Assembly: GCA_030679255.1 (NCBI GenBank)
Contig: JAUXTO010000022.1
Span: 64,915 to 128,914, forward strand
DNA length: 64,000 nucleotides
Source of the DNA: Candidatus Gottesmanbacteria bacterium
Lineage (GTDB): Bacteria > Patescibacteriota > Microgenomatia > UBA10105 > UBA927
Reading direction: 5' to 3'
The notes under the pieces were generated by a model. That model was not told where the DNA came from. It worked only from the letters and a program-made list of their open reading frames with translations, and made no database searches. A program made the translations under genes and the position numbers. Below are positions 1 to 9,220 of this stretch, in pieces (positions within the stretch are counted from its first letter, which is position 1; each line of letters opens with the position of its first letter).

Positions 1-464
1 TCGGCATCAACGTTACCCGCGAAAACGCCTTTGTCGTGGCAAAAATCTTTGAAGCCAATGGGCTTCATGTCCACGTCAGAAAACCAGGTGACATATTTAA
101 AAATGGATTTGTCTATATCCAGGGCGGAGGCGAACCAGGTCATACGACTGATTATGTTGCGGTTCAGGCAGCCCGCGAGGCTCATCAACAGGTTCTGCTC
201 AATATTTCTTCGACGCAAGGACTATACCGCGTCACAGAAGGTAAAATGGATAAAAACGATGTAATCGATTCGATCAGTTGGGATGACTATCTCGCATTAT
301 TTCCCAAAGGACATGAGCCGGGTATTAATATTCCATTTGATCATGAAGCAGCGCTCTTTGCACAAAAAAATGCTATCACGGTTATTTTAATAGGACCAGA
401 TATAGAAAATATTTCCAATCTCCTCGCCGGAAAGGAATTTACGGGAACGATTATTCATCCATAA
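1..464 (+). CDS. amino-acid kinase family protein, UMP kinase-like (5' partial, ORF runs off window start)
   Basis: C-terminal region aligns by eye to the PyrH C-terminus (GGGEPGHTTDYVAVQAA versus SAGTGNPFFTTDSAA; ITVILIG...TGTII tail). No stop codon between window start and position 36. Confidence 0.55.
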   Translation, partial: GINVTRENAFVVAKIFEANGLHVHVRKPGDIFKNGFVYIQGGGEPGHTTDYVAVQAAREAHQQVLLNISSTQGLYRVTEGKMDKNDVIDSISWDDYLALFPKGHEPGINIPFDHEAALFAQKNAITVILIGPDIENISNLLAGKEFTGTIIHP

Positions 465-537
465 AACTATCTTATAGTTTTACTTCCCCTCCCTTCTTTG
501 CTATACTGCGCCCCACGCTGTTGTTTCCTGCCAAATC

Positions 538-3072
538 GTGATTATTATGGCCTCTTTACCAGAGGTTCGGCCGGAGACGAAGGATGATCATCATCTCGAA
601 TCCCCCACCGGGTCCTATCTATTTTCTCGGGCAATAGACGATGGCACGTCTACCATCCCTGTTACCAAAGACGCTCTTGGCGGTAAGGGCTTGGGTCTCG
701 TGGAGCTCAATAATTTAGGTCTCCCCGTTCCTCCGGGCTTTATCCTGACTACGGGAGCGTGGTGCGAGTGGGAAGCATCCGACCGCCAGCTTTCTGATCA
801 GCTCGCCCGCGAAATCTCCCAACAAATCATCGGTCTCGAAAAGAATTCCGGTAAACGCTTGGGTAATCCGGATAATCCCTTAATTGTATCCGTGCGTTCC
901 GGCGCCCCAGTTTCCATGCCGGGCGCGATGATCACCCTTCTCAACGTCGGACTCAATGATCGGACCGTCAAGGCTCTTGGAAAAGAAATCGGAGAGCAAA
1001 ACGCATGGAAATCATATCTCGAAATGATGATCCATCTCGGGGTCCAAGCCTACGGCATTCCGAAAGATATACTCCACGCAGTCAGAACAGAAAGTCTCAT
1101 GCGTCTTGGAGCAACGCGCGTCTCTGATCTTCCCGTCGCCGAACTTCAGGCCATGATTGACCGTGTCAAACAAATCTATACTGAAGCACACATAGAGTCT
1201 CCCCAGGATCCCCAAGAACAAATTCAAGCCGCCGTCCATGGAGTTTTTGCGTCCTGGAATACGCCCGAAGCATCGGAGTACCGCAGCCAGAATGGTATTT
1301 CTGACCATTTGGGGACCGCTGCCATTGTCCAGGAGATTGTCTGGGGACTTGGAAAAAATCATCAGGCCGGAGCCGGAGTGCTTCTGACGCGCAATATTCA
1401 AACAGGTGATCACATTCCCTCTGTAGCATTCGCAAGCGGCAAACAAGGCACGGCAATCGTCGGGGAACGGGGTACCCATCAACAATCCAAAGTCGAAGAT
1501 CTTCCGGTTCCGGATCACGCCAAACGAGAACTTACCCACATCGTGAGCGTTCTGGAAAAGCACTATCGTTACCCACAAGATGTTGAATTTACTTTTGACG
1601 GGGGCAAGGTATGGCTTCTGCAAACCCGCGACGTGCCGCTTCAACCCATGGCGCATTTCCGTGTGCTGAATGAACTTATTGGGTTGAATAAAACCTCCCG
1701 GGAAGACGCCATCAGACGCATGACGACACCTGAATTGCGATCGCTCCTCTCTGCTCCCCTAGATCCGGATATCGTCCGGGCAAAACGGAAGTCAGGGGAT
1801 GTTCTGGCAACAGGTATCTCCATTTCCATCGGCAATGCGTCGGGAAGAATTATTTCTTCACTTGATGAAGCGGGCGACTACATGGGGAAACCCTGCATCC
1901 TTGTCATGCCTTCCGTCTCCCTTCCTGTTATCACCAAACTCATGGACCGCACACAATACGCCAACATCCTCGGACTCATCGCGGGTAACGGTGGCATAGG
2001 CTCCCACATCGCGCGGGTCGGGACGAGAGTCGGCGAACGCATGCCGATCATCTTTGGAGCAAACACAAAATTATTACGAAGTCCACAAGAAATCACCATT
2101 GACGGGGCGACGGCGGAGATATTTACAGGGATTATTCCCCGGCTTCAAAACGGAAAAAATAAACTTCTCACCGGCACTGAGTACGATAGTGCGCTAGCGT
2201 GGTTTAACGCCAAACTCCGCAATCCCTGGCGGTACAGTACATCAGAAGGAGGTATCAATCAGCTTGTCGCTCTGGGTCAGGAAGCTATTACCAAAAGCCG
2301 TGATCTCTATAATTCTACCAAGGCCCGTGCCCAATATATGATCAACGCTCTCATACCGGATGAAATCCGTTTACCGTATACGGTTGTTCCCGCTACCGAT
2401 ACGAATCAAATGATGAGTCTCGCCAAAGATATTCTTGCCCGCGGTAATCACGTGACTCTGCGCACCTGTTTCTCTCCGGATCCCAGGGGAAAAGCTCCTT
2501 GGGTCATGCTCACATCAGAAGACCAAATCAAAGAATTTTTTGACAATCCGGATTTCCCCTGGAAATACGGCGGGTATGAAGCTTGGAAGACTGACCCCTC
2601 GCTCACGGAAATCCTCGTCGGCGAAATACCCCAAAACAAAATGAACGAAGACCCCGCGGTTCAATATGATTTTGCCAGTTGGACCGTGACATGTACCGAG
2701 CTTGGAGAAATTATCATGCAGATCCGCCCGCATACCGCCCATCTTCGTGGACACGAGGAGGCTAGCCCCGATGATCTCATCACGTATAGACTCGTCAAAG
2801 ATCCTTCAGACCCTGGCGGCATTCGCGTTGCCAATCAAACGGTCGGGGTAAATCTCACCGATGATGGCGTCGGCCACAACCTCGCTTCCCTATCCGTCAC
2901 CCGTCTCATGGACTGGTGGAAACGATATAATTTGCCCAAGCGTCTTGCCGCAGCCGGAGCGCTCTACCCGCCGCCCCATTTTGCTATTCCCGTCCTGGAA
3001 GGTCAATCCCGCGTAGGTTTAGAAGATTGGTGCGCTATCTACGGCATCAAGAGTGATAATGTAGAAGTATAA
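538..3072 (+). CDS. pyruvate phosphate dikinase-like PEP-utilizing enzyme
   Basis: 844 aa. N-terminal GGKGLGLVELNNLGLPVPPGFILTT matches the PPDK ATP-grasp motif GGKGANLAEM..GLPVPPGF. Central GNGGIGSHIARVG resembles the phospho-histidine swivel domain. Confidence 0.6.
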   Translation: MIIMASLPEVRPETKDDHHLESPTGSYLFSRAIDDGTSTIPVTKDALGGKGLGLVELNNLGLPVPPGFILTTGAWCEWEASDRQLSDQLAREISQQIIGLEKNSGKRLGNPDNPLIVSVRSGAPVSMPGAMITLLNVGLNDRTVKALGKEIGEQNAWKSYLEMMIHLGVQAYGIPKDILHAVRTESLMRLGATRVSDLPVAELQAMIDRVKQIYTEAHIESPQDPQEQIQAAVHGVFASWNTPEASEYRSQNGISDHLGTAAIVQEIVWGLGKNHQAGAGVLLTRNIQTGDHIPSVAFASGKQGTAIVGERGTHQQSKVEDLPVPDHAKRELTHIVSVLEKHYRYPQDVEFTFDGGKVWLLQTRDVPLQPMAHFRVLNELIGLNKTSREDAIRRMTTPELRSLLSAPLDPDIVRAKRKSGDVLATGISISIGNASGRIISSLDEAGDYMGKPCILVMPSVSLPVITKLMDRTQYANILGLIAGNGGIGSHIARVGTRVGERMPIIFGANTKLLRSPQEITIDGATAEIFTGIIPRLQNGKNKLLTGTEYDSALAWFNAKLRNPWRYSTSEGGINQLVALGQEAITKSRDLYNSTKARAQYMINALIPDEIRLPYTVVPATDTNQMMSLAKDILARGNHVTLRTCFSPDPRGKAPWVMLTSEDQIKEFFDNPDFPWKYGGYEAWKTDPSLTEILVGEIPQNKMNEDPAVQYDFASWTVTCTELGEIIMQIRPHTAHLRGHEEASPDDLITYRLVKDPSDPGGIRVANQTVGVNLTDDGVGHNLASLSVTRLMDWWKRYNLPKRLAAAGALYPPPHFAIPVLEGQSRVGLEDWCAIYGIKSDNVEV

Positions 3073-3215
3073 ATGCCATCAACTCTTTCTTAAACCGCTC
3101 TTTCCCAAATCTTTTCGACCTGATTATATACAAACGATCGAGTCATTACCGTAATGAGGCGAAGTTATGAACGGAAAGTTGTGGAAAAGAAAAATTTTGT
3201 TATACTCTTTAAATC

Positions 3216-3821
3216 ATGAACAAAAAACGAAGTGGCGCTATTATTGCATTGCTCGGTACAGCGGGAAGCGGGAAATCCACGTTTGCCGACCATCTGGGTA
3301 CGGCACTTCACGCAACAGTGTATAAAGAAAAAACAGACGGAAACCCATTTCAATCGTCGGCGCACACATCCACAGGAAAAATTTTCGAAAATCAGGTATG
3401 GTTTCTTCTCCAAAGCGTTCATCGGTGGACTGAAGCCATACACATTGTAAAAAATGGAAATATTGCCATCATGGATACATATGTTCCATTTAATGATTTT
3501 CATTCAAAACTTGCGTTTGATCATCACTCGTATGCGCTCTATGAACAACTATCTCAACGACTCAGTACCCATATGACTCAACCTAATCTCGTCGTCTATC
3601 TTTTTGATACTGTTGACTATCTTATGGACAGACTCCGGCGCCGAAACACGGCCTATGACAAAAACGTCAACCCCGAATATCTTCATAAACTTCAAACTCT
3701 CCACGACGCATGGATTTCCTCAAATCTCCTCCCAATATTACGCATCCGCTCACGTGAATTAGAAAATAGTGACGTTGAAGCCACGCATATTGCGGATATT
3801 CGACAACGAATCCAACAATAG
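3216..3821 (+). CDS. deoxynucleoside kinase-like P-loop kinase
   Basis: Walker A GTAGSGKST at the N-terminus. Size (201 aa) and a LID-like RRRNTAYD segment fit the dNK/dCK family. Confidence 0.45.
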   Translation: MNKKRSGAIIALLGTAGSGKSTFADHLGTALHATVYKEKTDGNPFQSSAHTSTGKIFENQVWFLLQSVHRWTEAIHIVKNGNIAIMDTYVPFNDFHSKLAFDHHSYALYEQLSQRLSTHMTQPNLVVYLFDTVDYLMDRLRRRNTAYDKNVNPEYLHKLQTLHDAWISSNLLPILRIRSRELENSDVEATHIADIRQRIQQ

Positions 3822-3829
3822 TACTATCC

Positions 3830-5257
3830 TCATTTCCTTGCTCGATCGGACTCGGTGAGCATCATATGGAGAGAAGATAACGCCTCATTTTTTCTTTCCC
3901 CTAACCAAATATAATCCCTCAGTGCAGATATCAGATTTTCGATCATGATACCTACGTCCTCCATTGGATATTTTTTGAACTTAATCATCTGTTTCCCTTC
4001 AAAAAAGGGTGTCTCTATAACCGTACTTAAATAGGTCTGATACGAGTGTCTTGGGACAATTTTTATATCCCGCGGTGCCGCGGGTAGCAATACAAATTCT
4101 CTTTTTGACTGCAGAAGCGACTGCCTGGCAACTTCTACAAGAAAATCGGCTATACCAAGATATATATAATTTTCTTTCCCTTCACGCTCCTGCCATGTTG
4201 AAAAATATTCTTTCGCCTTCTCATTTCCCTCGTCTATATCGCCAAAAAAACGATACATCAAAACGTCGATTGTCTTGTCAAAGAGCAGACTTCCTTGTGT
4301 CTCGTAGCCTCTGGTGCCTTTTGATCGTTTCCCAATGGCCTGAAGAAGCTGCTCCGCGAGTTTGTCTTGACCTATCAAACGAATGACAGTTGGTTGATTT
4401 GCATAGATTGCCCCTTTCCATCGTGGATCCGTCATTTTTATGCCCAAAACGCCACAGCTCACAAGAAATTCGCGTAAGGTGAGATAGTGACGTTGTATCT
4501 CTCTTTGTAAACCCAACGGGGCGTCTACACGAACTGAAAGATGTGTTTGTACGTCCTTCCATTCCCGAAGTTTTTCATCTCCATCGATTGATTGGTAAAA
4601 ACGAATCGCTTCCTGCTTATTGGTATACGGGGTAACACTTTGAGTAAGAAAATCCGGTAAAAAATGTTTAAGAAAGGCGACCCACGTCGGATTTTTATAC
4701 AATTGATCACTATGCTGAAAAAAGTCTCTATTTGGTGCGAATATATCGCGATAACAAACTATCCCGTTTGGTATAAGCACTCTGGTCATTTCTCGTAACG
4801 CCTTCCGTACCTCCTGTAATCCACCGCCGTAAGAATACACCTCATGCAACACAGCAGAAATGTTAATCCCCGAAAATGTTTCATTCCCGAAGGGCAATTT
4901 CTGTGCCTTGCCGGCAACGACATGAGAGCAATCTTCAAGCATTCGTACCCGGGGGCCTCGCGAGGCAAGCTCATCATTATCAAATAAATCAAGCGATACC
5001 AACTGAACCGGGTATCCAAGTGGGCTTTCACGGATAATACTGTCCAAGCGCCGAATGCTCTCTCCGCTCCCCGGTCCTATCTCTAAAATTCGCACCTCGT
5101 GATCAATAATGGGAAGCTCATTTTTTCGCAACGAATCAACCATTAATGCGTTTTTTTCCTCATTTGCTCCACAAATCGCAAATAAATATTCTTTTGAATA
5201 CTTTTCTGATGGGACGATGTAATTATTTTTTTTTACCATAAACGGGGCCTGCTCCAT
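3830..5257 (-). CDS. SAM-dependent methyltransferase domain protein with long C-terminal extension of unknown function
   Basis: Motif I ILEIGPGSGESIRRL and the downstream acidic motif LVSLDLFDND are typical of class I MTases. The ~250-aa C-terminus has no recognisable motif. Confidence 0.5.
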   Translation of the reverse strand: MEQAPFMVKKNNYIVPSEKYSKEYLFAICGANEEKNALMVDSLRKNELPIIDHEVRILEIGPGSGESIRRLDSIIRESPLGYPVQLVSLDLFDNDELASRGPRVRMLEDCSHVVAGKAQKLPFGNETFSGINISAVLHEVYSYGGGLQEVRKALREMTRVLIPNGIVCYRDIFAPNRDFFQHSDQLYKNPTWVAFLKHFLPDFLTQSVTPYTNKQEAIRFYQSIDGDEKLREWKDVQTHLSVRVDAPLGLQREIQRHYLTLREFLVSCGVLGIKMTDPRWKGAIYANQPTVIRLIGQDKLAEQLLQAIGKRSKGTRGYETQGSLLFDKTIDVLMYRFFGDIDEGNEKAKEYFSTWQEREGKENYIYLGIADFLVEVARQSLLQSKREFVLLPAAPRDIKIVPRHSYQTYLSTVIETPFFEGKQMIKFKKYPMEDVGIMIENLISALRDYIWLGERKNEALSSLHMMLTESDRARK

Positions 5258-5950
5258 TTATGCGACACGCTTTTGTTTAATATAATCCACAAGGCGCGTC
5301 CCCTGTGCCCCGGAGACGACACGGTCAGACATTCTCTGAAGATATCCCGATCGTTCCATTCTTCGTATGATCCGTCTGGCGTTGGGTTCAAGCTTAACGG
5401 CACTCAATGAAGCTATTGGCATCCAGGAAAAAGAGCCAAGCTCTCGAGCTTTCTTCTTAGCGTCATGATCATCAATGAGCGAAAGAACGTCTGGTGATGT
5501 ACCAACTATGACGCAATGGACTCGGATTTTTTGACGCGCGCGGGGATCACGGTAGTCTGTCTCCCGAAATGCATCGTCGGGAACAAACATTTTTTGCAGA
5601 GCGAACGGGCCAATTTCTTCTACAATTGCGCGGTCCAAATTATCTATAAAACACTCAAATTGTCCTTTATTGGGGCCGTCAACGTACCGTTCAATCGTCT
5701 CTGTAAATACATTCCACTGGCCTGCAAACCGTCCGATTTGAGGTTTCTCACGGTGACTTGGCACCTGATTAAGCAATAACTCACCCTGTTGGTTTATGAT
5801 AAGTAGCACGATACCTCCACCGACATATCCACGTCGACTTAGCTCGTCCCATGGCGTCTCAAATGGCGATAAAAGCGTTGGGTGATCCAGATAGTACGAT
5901 CGCTGTGCTGCCTCTGGTTGTTTTAATAATGATTCCTTCACTGAATTCAT
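5258..5950 (-). CDS. NUDIX-like hydrolase (degenerate Nudix box)
   Basis: GQWNVFTETIE...RAIVEEIG approximates GX5EX7REUXEEXGU. Confidence 0.35.
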   Translation of the reverse strand: MNSVKESLLKQPEAAQRSYYLDHPTLLSPFETPWDELSRRGYVGGGIVLLIINQQGELLLNQVPSHREKPQIGRFAGQWNVFTETIERYVDGPNKGQFECFIDNLDRAIVEEIGPFALQKMFVPDDAFRETDYRDPRARQKIRVHCVIVGTSPDVLSLIDDHDAKKKARELGSFSWMPIASLSAVKLEPNARRIIRRMERSGYLQRMSDRVVSGAQGTRLVDYIKQKRVA

Positions 5951-6026
5951 AATACAACTCTTACCAGAGTATCTACTATTGCCATAGGCAATCCAGTTCT
6001 ATACCCAATCGAAGATAAATGCAAGT

Positions 6027-7277
6027 TTAGCGGTGTAAATGCGCTTCAACGAAGTCCCTGAGTTCCTTCTTAAACCGCTCTTTCCCAAATTTTTCCGCCT
6101 GCGCTCTACATTGATTTTCCCAATTTCTCCCCAATTTCTCCCGCGAAGCGGGACCGAATCTCCCTAACGCCCCCACCAAACTCTCCACCGTCGGCGTGTC
6201 AAATAATATTCCCGTCTTTCCATCGATGACCGTCTCGACGATTCCCCCCTGGGCAAGGGCAATGACGGGCGTCCCATGGGCCATCGCCTCGACCGGTACC
6301 ATCCCAAAATCCTCATCGAGAGCACAAAAGATGAGCGCCTTGGCCCCGGCATACAGTCTCCCCAACTTCTCATCGGATACGGATCCCAAAAACTCCACGT
6401 TTCCTAAATTCTTGCTTTGTAAGGCCTGGCCTTGCGAAGCTAGCTTTTTGAGAGATTCCTCTTCTTTTCCCGTCCCGACGATCTTAAGCGGCAATCCAAG
6501 TTTGGCACACGCCGCTATCGCCAAATCCACCCGCTTACTGTACGTGAGCCTCCCAACTGATAAATAATATTCCTTTTTATGAACTTGGAATTTGGTGCTT
6601 GGGATTTGTTTGGAATTTGGTGCTTGGGATTTGGGATTTACTTCAATCGGTGGATATATCACCGTGCTTTCCCTCCGATAAAACTTCGTGACTCTCCTAG
6701 CCGTCTCCTTGGAGTTGGCCACAAAGTAATCCACTTTTTGTGCAGTTTCCCAGTCATAATGCCGCAGGAAAAAATTGACAACCGCCGCATACACTCGCAC
6801 GATCCAATATTTCTGCAAATCACTCCCCGTCGCATACCCATAGAGATTCCTCGGCGGATGGTGGATATAGCAGACGTGGACGGTCTTCCGTCCCGTCCCG
6901 AGCGAAGTCGAGGGATCTGACAACTGACGACTGACGACTGACGACTCTCTCACCTTCACTCCTCTACACATAAACCACCCGCTACTACTGATCACCACGT
7001 CGTAACCGGAAAGATCGAAACTCCCCCATATCCACGGCGCGAGGAACCGGAGGGGTGAAATAAATTTTTTGATGAACCAGTGGTGCTGCACCCAACTCGT
7101 CCGTATGTCCCAAGACTTAAATAACTCCACTTTACCCGCCGGAGCCCGGGCGAAGGAGGGCCAGTCAACGAAGGAGGTATATAGCGGCGCATCCGGCCAC
7201 ATCTCATGCAAGGTTTCCACTACTCTTTCGGCGCCTCCGTATTCTCTGAGATAGTCATGGACTAAGGCAACTTTCAT
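6027..7277 (-). CDS. glycosyltransferase family 4 (GT-B fold)
   Basis: N-terminal MKVALVHDYLREYGGAERV and C-terminal EDFGMVPVEAMAHGTPVIA motifs are characteristic of GT4. Contains the in-frame repeat insertion ...NPKSQAPNSKQIPSTKFQ... and a (tgacgac)3 repeat at 6905-6935. Confidence 0.8.
   Translation of the reverse strand: MKVALVHDYLREYGGAERVVETLHEMWPDAPLYTSFVDWPSFARAPAGKVELFKSWDIRTSWVQHHWFIKKFISPLRFLAPWIWGSFDLSGYDVVISSSGWFMCRGVKVRESSVVSRQLSDPSTSLGTGRKTVHVCYIHHPPRNLYGYATGSDLQKYWIVRVYAAVVNFFLRHYDWETAQKVDYFVANSKETARRVTKFYRRESTVIYPPIEVNPKSQAPNSKQIPSTKFQVHKKEYYLSVGRLTYSKRVDLAIAACAKLGLPLKIVGTGKEEESLKKLASQGQALQSKNLGNVEFLGSVSDEKLGRLYAGAKALIFCALDEDFGMVPVEAMAHGTPVIALAQGGIVETVIDGKTGILFDTPTVESLVGALGRFGPASREKLGRNWENQCRAQAEKFGKERFKKELRDFVEAHLHR
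6585..6640. repeat. two tandem copies of 24-nt unit TTGGAATTTGGTGCTTGGGATTTG inside the GT4 coding sequence (encodes KSQAPNSKQIPSTKF on minus strand)
   Basis: Same unit, also in tandem, at 8805-8859 inside the Pol I exonuclease gene. Confidence 0.7.
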
Positions 7278-7474
7278 ATAATGATAAGAAACCGCAGCCC
7301 CGTACTCACGCTCTTCGCGAGCGCGAGGCTGTAAGCCTCCGGCGCGAAGTAAGTGCAGTACTGGGGCATGGATTCGAGCACCCGCTCCGCCCCCCCATAC
7401 TCCCGAAGATAATCATGAACCAATGCTACTTTCATAATTTGACAATTGACGCTATCATGATATACTATTTTCAT
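7274..7474 (-). pseudogene. fragment duplicating the first ~20 codons of a GT4 gene (MKVALVHDYLREYGGAERV), then diverging
   Basis: Residues 14-32 of this ORF are identical at protein level to the N-terminus of the adjacent GT4 gene. Nucleotide identity is only ~70% (synonymous drift), so this is an old paralog remnant. Confidence 0.4.
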
Positions 7475-7556
7475 AGTCGGATTCGAAGCGACCCCTCGCC
7501 GTAAAAGCGGAGAGTGATGTCGATAAGACCGGCTTTTTTTATTCCCCGACCTCTTT

Positions 7557-8006
7557 CTATTGTATATACTTCAAAATCTTTTTCTCCGAAATTCGTTTCG
7601 TCTCAGCCAATCGCCCCTTTGATCGATGAACGCGCCAGGCAAGCTTGTGAGCCGCAGCTAGTTTTCCAATCCTCACGAAACGGACGCTAGGAATTCTTTT
7701 TATCCGATTTTGGAAAAACAATTTTTTGAGTGTCTCTTCTATTATCTCGTTCTTCCCTGTATATTCTTCATCAATCTTCAATATATCTATCGTGTGGTCT
7801 TCAATCAAAATAAATAATATGACACTGAATATAATTGCCGGTAAATCCTTCGCGGGAATAAAACTGTTACGACGAAGGTGGACGATAAGCTTTCTTTTTG
7901 CTCCGGCGTTCACAAACACCGCACCGCTTATTCCATTTGCGAAAGCTATTGCTGTCCCCGTGCTCAAATCCTCAACCCTACCGCTTTGATCAACTTCTAT
8001 TATCAT
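7557..8006 (-). CDS. hypothetical protein
   Basis: 149-aa ORF with coding-like composition; no motif recognised. Confidence 0.3.
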   Translation of the reverse strand: MIIEVDQSGRVEDLSTGTAIAFANGISGAVFVNAGAKRKLIVHLRRNSFIPAKDLPAIIFSVILFILIEDHTIDILKIDEEYTGKNEIIEETLKKLFFQNRIKRIPSVRFVRIGKLAAAHKLAWRVHRSKGRLAETKRISEKKILKYIQ

Positions 8007-8010
8007 AGTA

Positions 8011-9213
8011 TCAAAATAACTCTTGCTGCTCCCCCGCTTTCTCCTTCGCCCGCCTCGCCCGCCATAGCTTCAGCGGCGGCGGGCCTTCCTGTCCTCCCGT
8101 CTTATCGTCTTGTACCCCAGTTAATCGTTTAAGAAGCGACGGAAAATGAAACTCGCCAAGCTTCTCCCTGGCTTCCGGCGTATCAAGCGTTTCAAGCGGC
8201 GCAAGCTCCCCCATTTTTACCGGCACATCAGTCCGTATCGTCGCCAAATCTTTACTCATCCTCGCCATCTCCTCCCCGTTTCGAAGTTTTTCAATGACTC
8301 CCGCTGACAGCTGACCCGCTTCGCCGGAGCTCCCGCTTCGCCGATTCAGCGAGGCGAGTAAGCGAGGCGAGGAGCTGTGAGCTGAGAGCTTTTTCCCCTC
8401 CCTTTTTCCTGCTTTCTGTTTACCCAGCACCCTAATGCCCCGGTCGTTAGCCCAAGCACCATTTGAATGGTGCTGGGTAATGTCGTGGGTGCTGGGTTTA
8501 TTGTTTACTGTCCTATATAACGCATCAATATCCCCATAGTGTGTGATGATCCCCACCGCCGTCTTTGGCCCAATTCCCGCCACCCCTGGATAATTATCCG
8601 AGCTGTCCCCCATGAGGGCCTTGAGTTCCGGTATCTGTTTCGGGGTCACCCCGAGCCGCTCCACGACCTCCACTTCTCCATAGAGTTTCCCCTCCGACAA
8701 TCCCTTCGTCGGCATAAACACTTTCACGCGCCGCGCGTCATCGACTAACTGCAATATATCCTTATCCCCCGTCACGATGATCACTTCATCAATGTTTGAA
8801 ACATTTGAATTTGGTGCTTGGGATTTGTTTGGAATTTGGTGCTTGGGATTTGTGATTTGTCGGCACACCGTGCCGATCACATCATCCGCCTCATACCCCG
8901 CTTTATCATAAATAGGTATCCCAAACGCCCGGACCATATCCTGCACTTTTGGAATTTGCGATACGAGATCCGCATCCATCTCCGGCCGCTTGCCCTGATA
9001 GTCTTTATAGAGTGACTTTCGGAATGTCTTCTCCGGCCGGTCAAACGCTACGGCCATGTGGGTGGGTTTGAGATCTTGAAATAATTTGATGAGGATCGAC
9101 ACAAATCCGTACACGGCGTTCACCGGCTGACCGTCCGGAGCAGTAAGGGGCGGCAGCGCATGGTACGCGCGGTGGAGGATAGCGTTCCCATCAATGAGGA
9201 CGAGCCTATTCAT
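8011..9213 (-). CDS. 5'-3' exonuclease (DNA polymerase I N-terminal/FEN-like domain only), with two in-frame insertions
   Basis: LVLIDGNAILHRAYHA, AFDRPEKTFR, GYEADDVIGT, VTGDKDILQLV and a helix-hairpin-helix segment GDSSDNYPGVAGIGPKTA are classic Pol I 5'-nuclease motifs. No polymerase domain follows. Start moved to MNRLVLIDGN. Confidence 0.8.
   Translation of the reverse strand: MNRLVLIDGNAILHRAYHALPPLTAPDGQPVNAVYGFVSILIKLFQDLKPTHMAVAFDRPEKTFRKSLYKDYQGKRPEMDADLVSQIPKVQDMVRAFGIPIYDKAGYEADDVIGTVCRQITNPKHQIPNKSQAPNSNVSNIDEVIIVTGDKDILQLVDDARRVKVFMPTKGLSEGKLYGEVEVVERLGVTPKQIPELKALMGDSSDNYPGVAGIGPKTAVGIITHYGDIDALYRTVNNKPSTHDITQHHSNGAWANDRGIRVLGKQKAGKREGKKLSAHSSSPRLLASLNRRSGSSGEAGQLSAGVIEKLRNGEEMARMSKDLATIRTDVPVKMGELAPLETLDTPEAREKLGEFHFPSLLKRLTGVQDDKTGGQEGPPPLKLWRARRAKEKAGEQQELF
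8805..8859. repeat. two tandem copies of the TTGGAATTTGGTGCTTGGGATTTG unit inside the 5'-3' exonuclease coding sequence (encodes QIPNKSQAPNSN)
   Basis: Nucleotide identity with 6585-6640. In frame in both host genes. Confidence 0.7.
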
Positions 9214-9220
9214 GAAGATA

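Noticed and set aside
1012-1656. Numerous antisense or shadow ORFs inside large genes (for example 1012-1656 inside the dikinase, 9902-10699 inside ftsH, 43028-43885 inside nrdJ, 38660-39469 inside ORF 38494-40488)
   Set aside because: They lie fully within, and opposite to, strongly supported conserved genes, and have low-complexity or Arg/Ser-rich translations typical of non-coding frames.
8011-9213. Intein in the 5'-3' exonuclease (two extra segments relative to canonical Pol I exonuclease)
   Set aside because: The insertions are 15-75 aa and lack intein block A/B/F/G motifs and a homing endonuclease. They coincide with nucleotide repeats shared with other genes.
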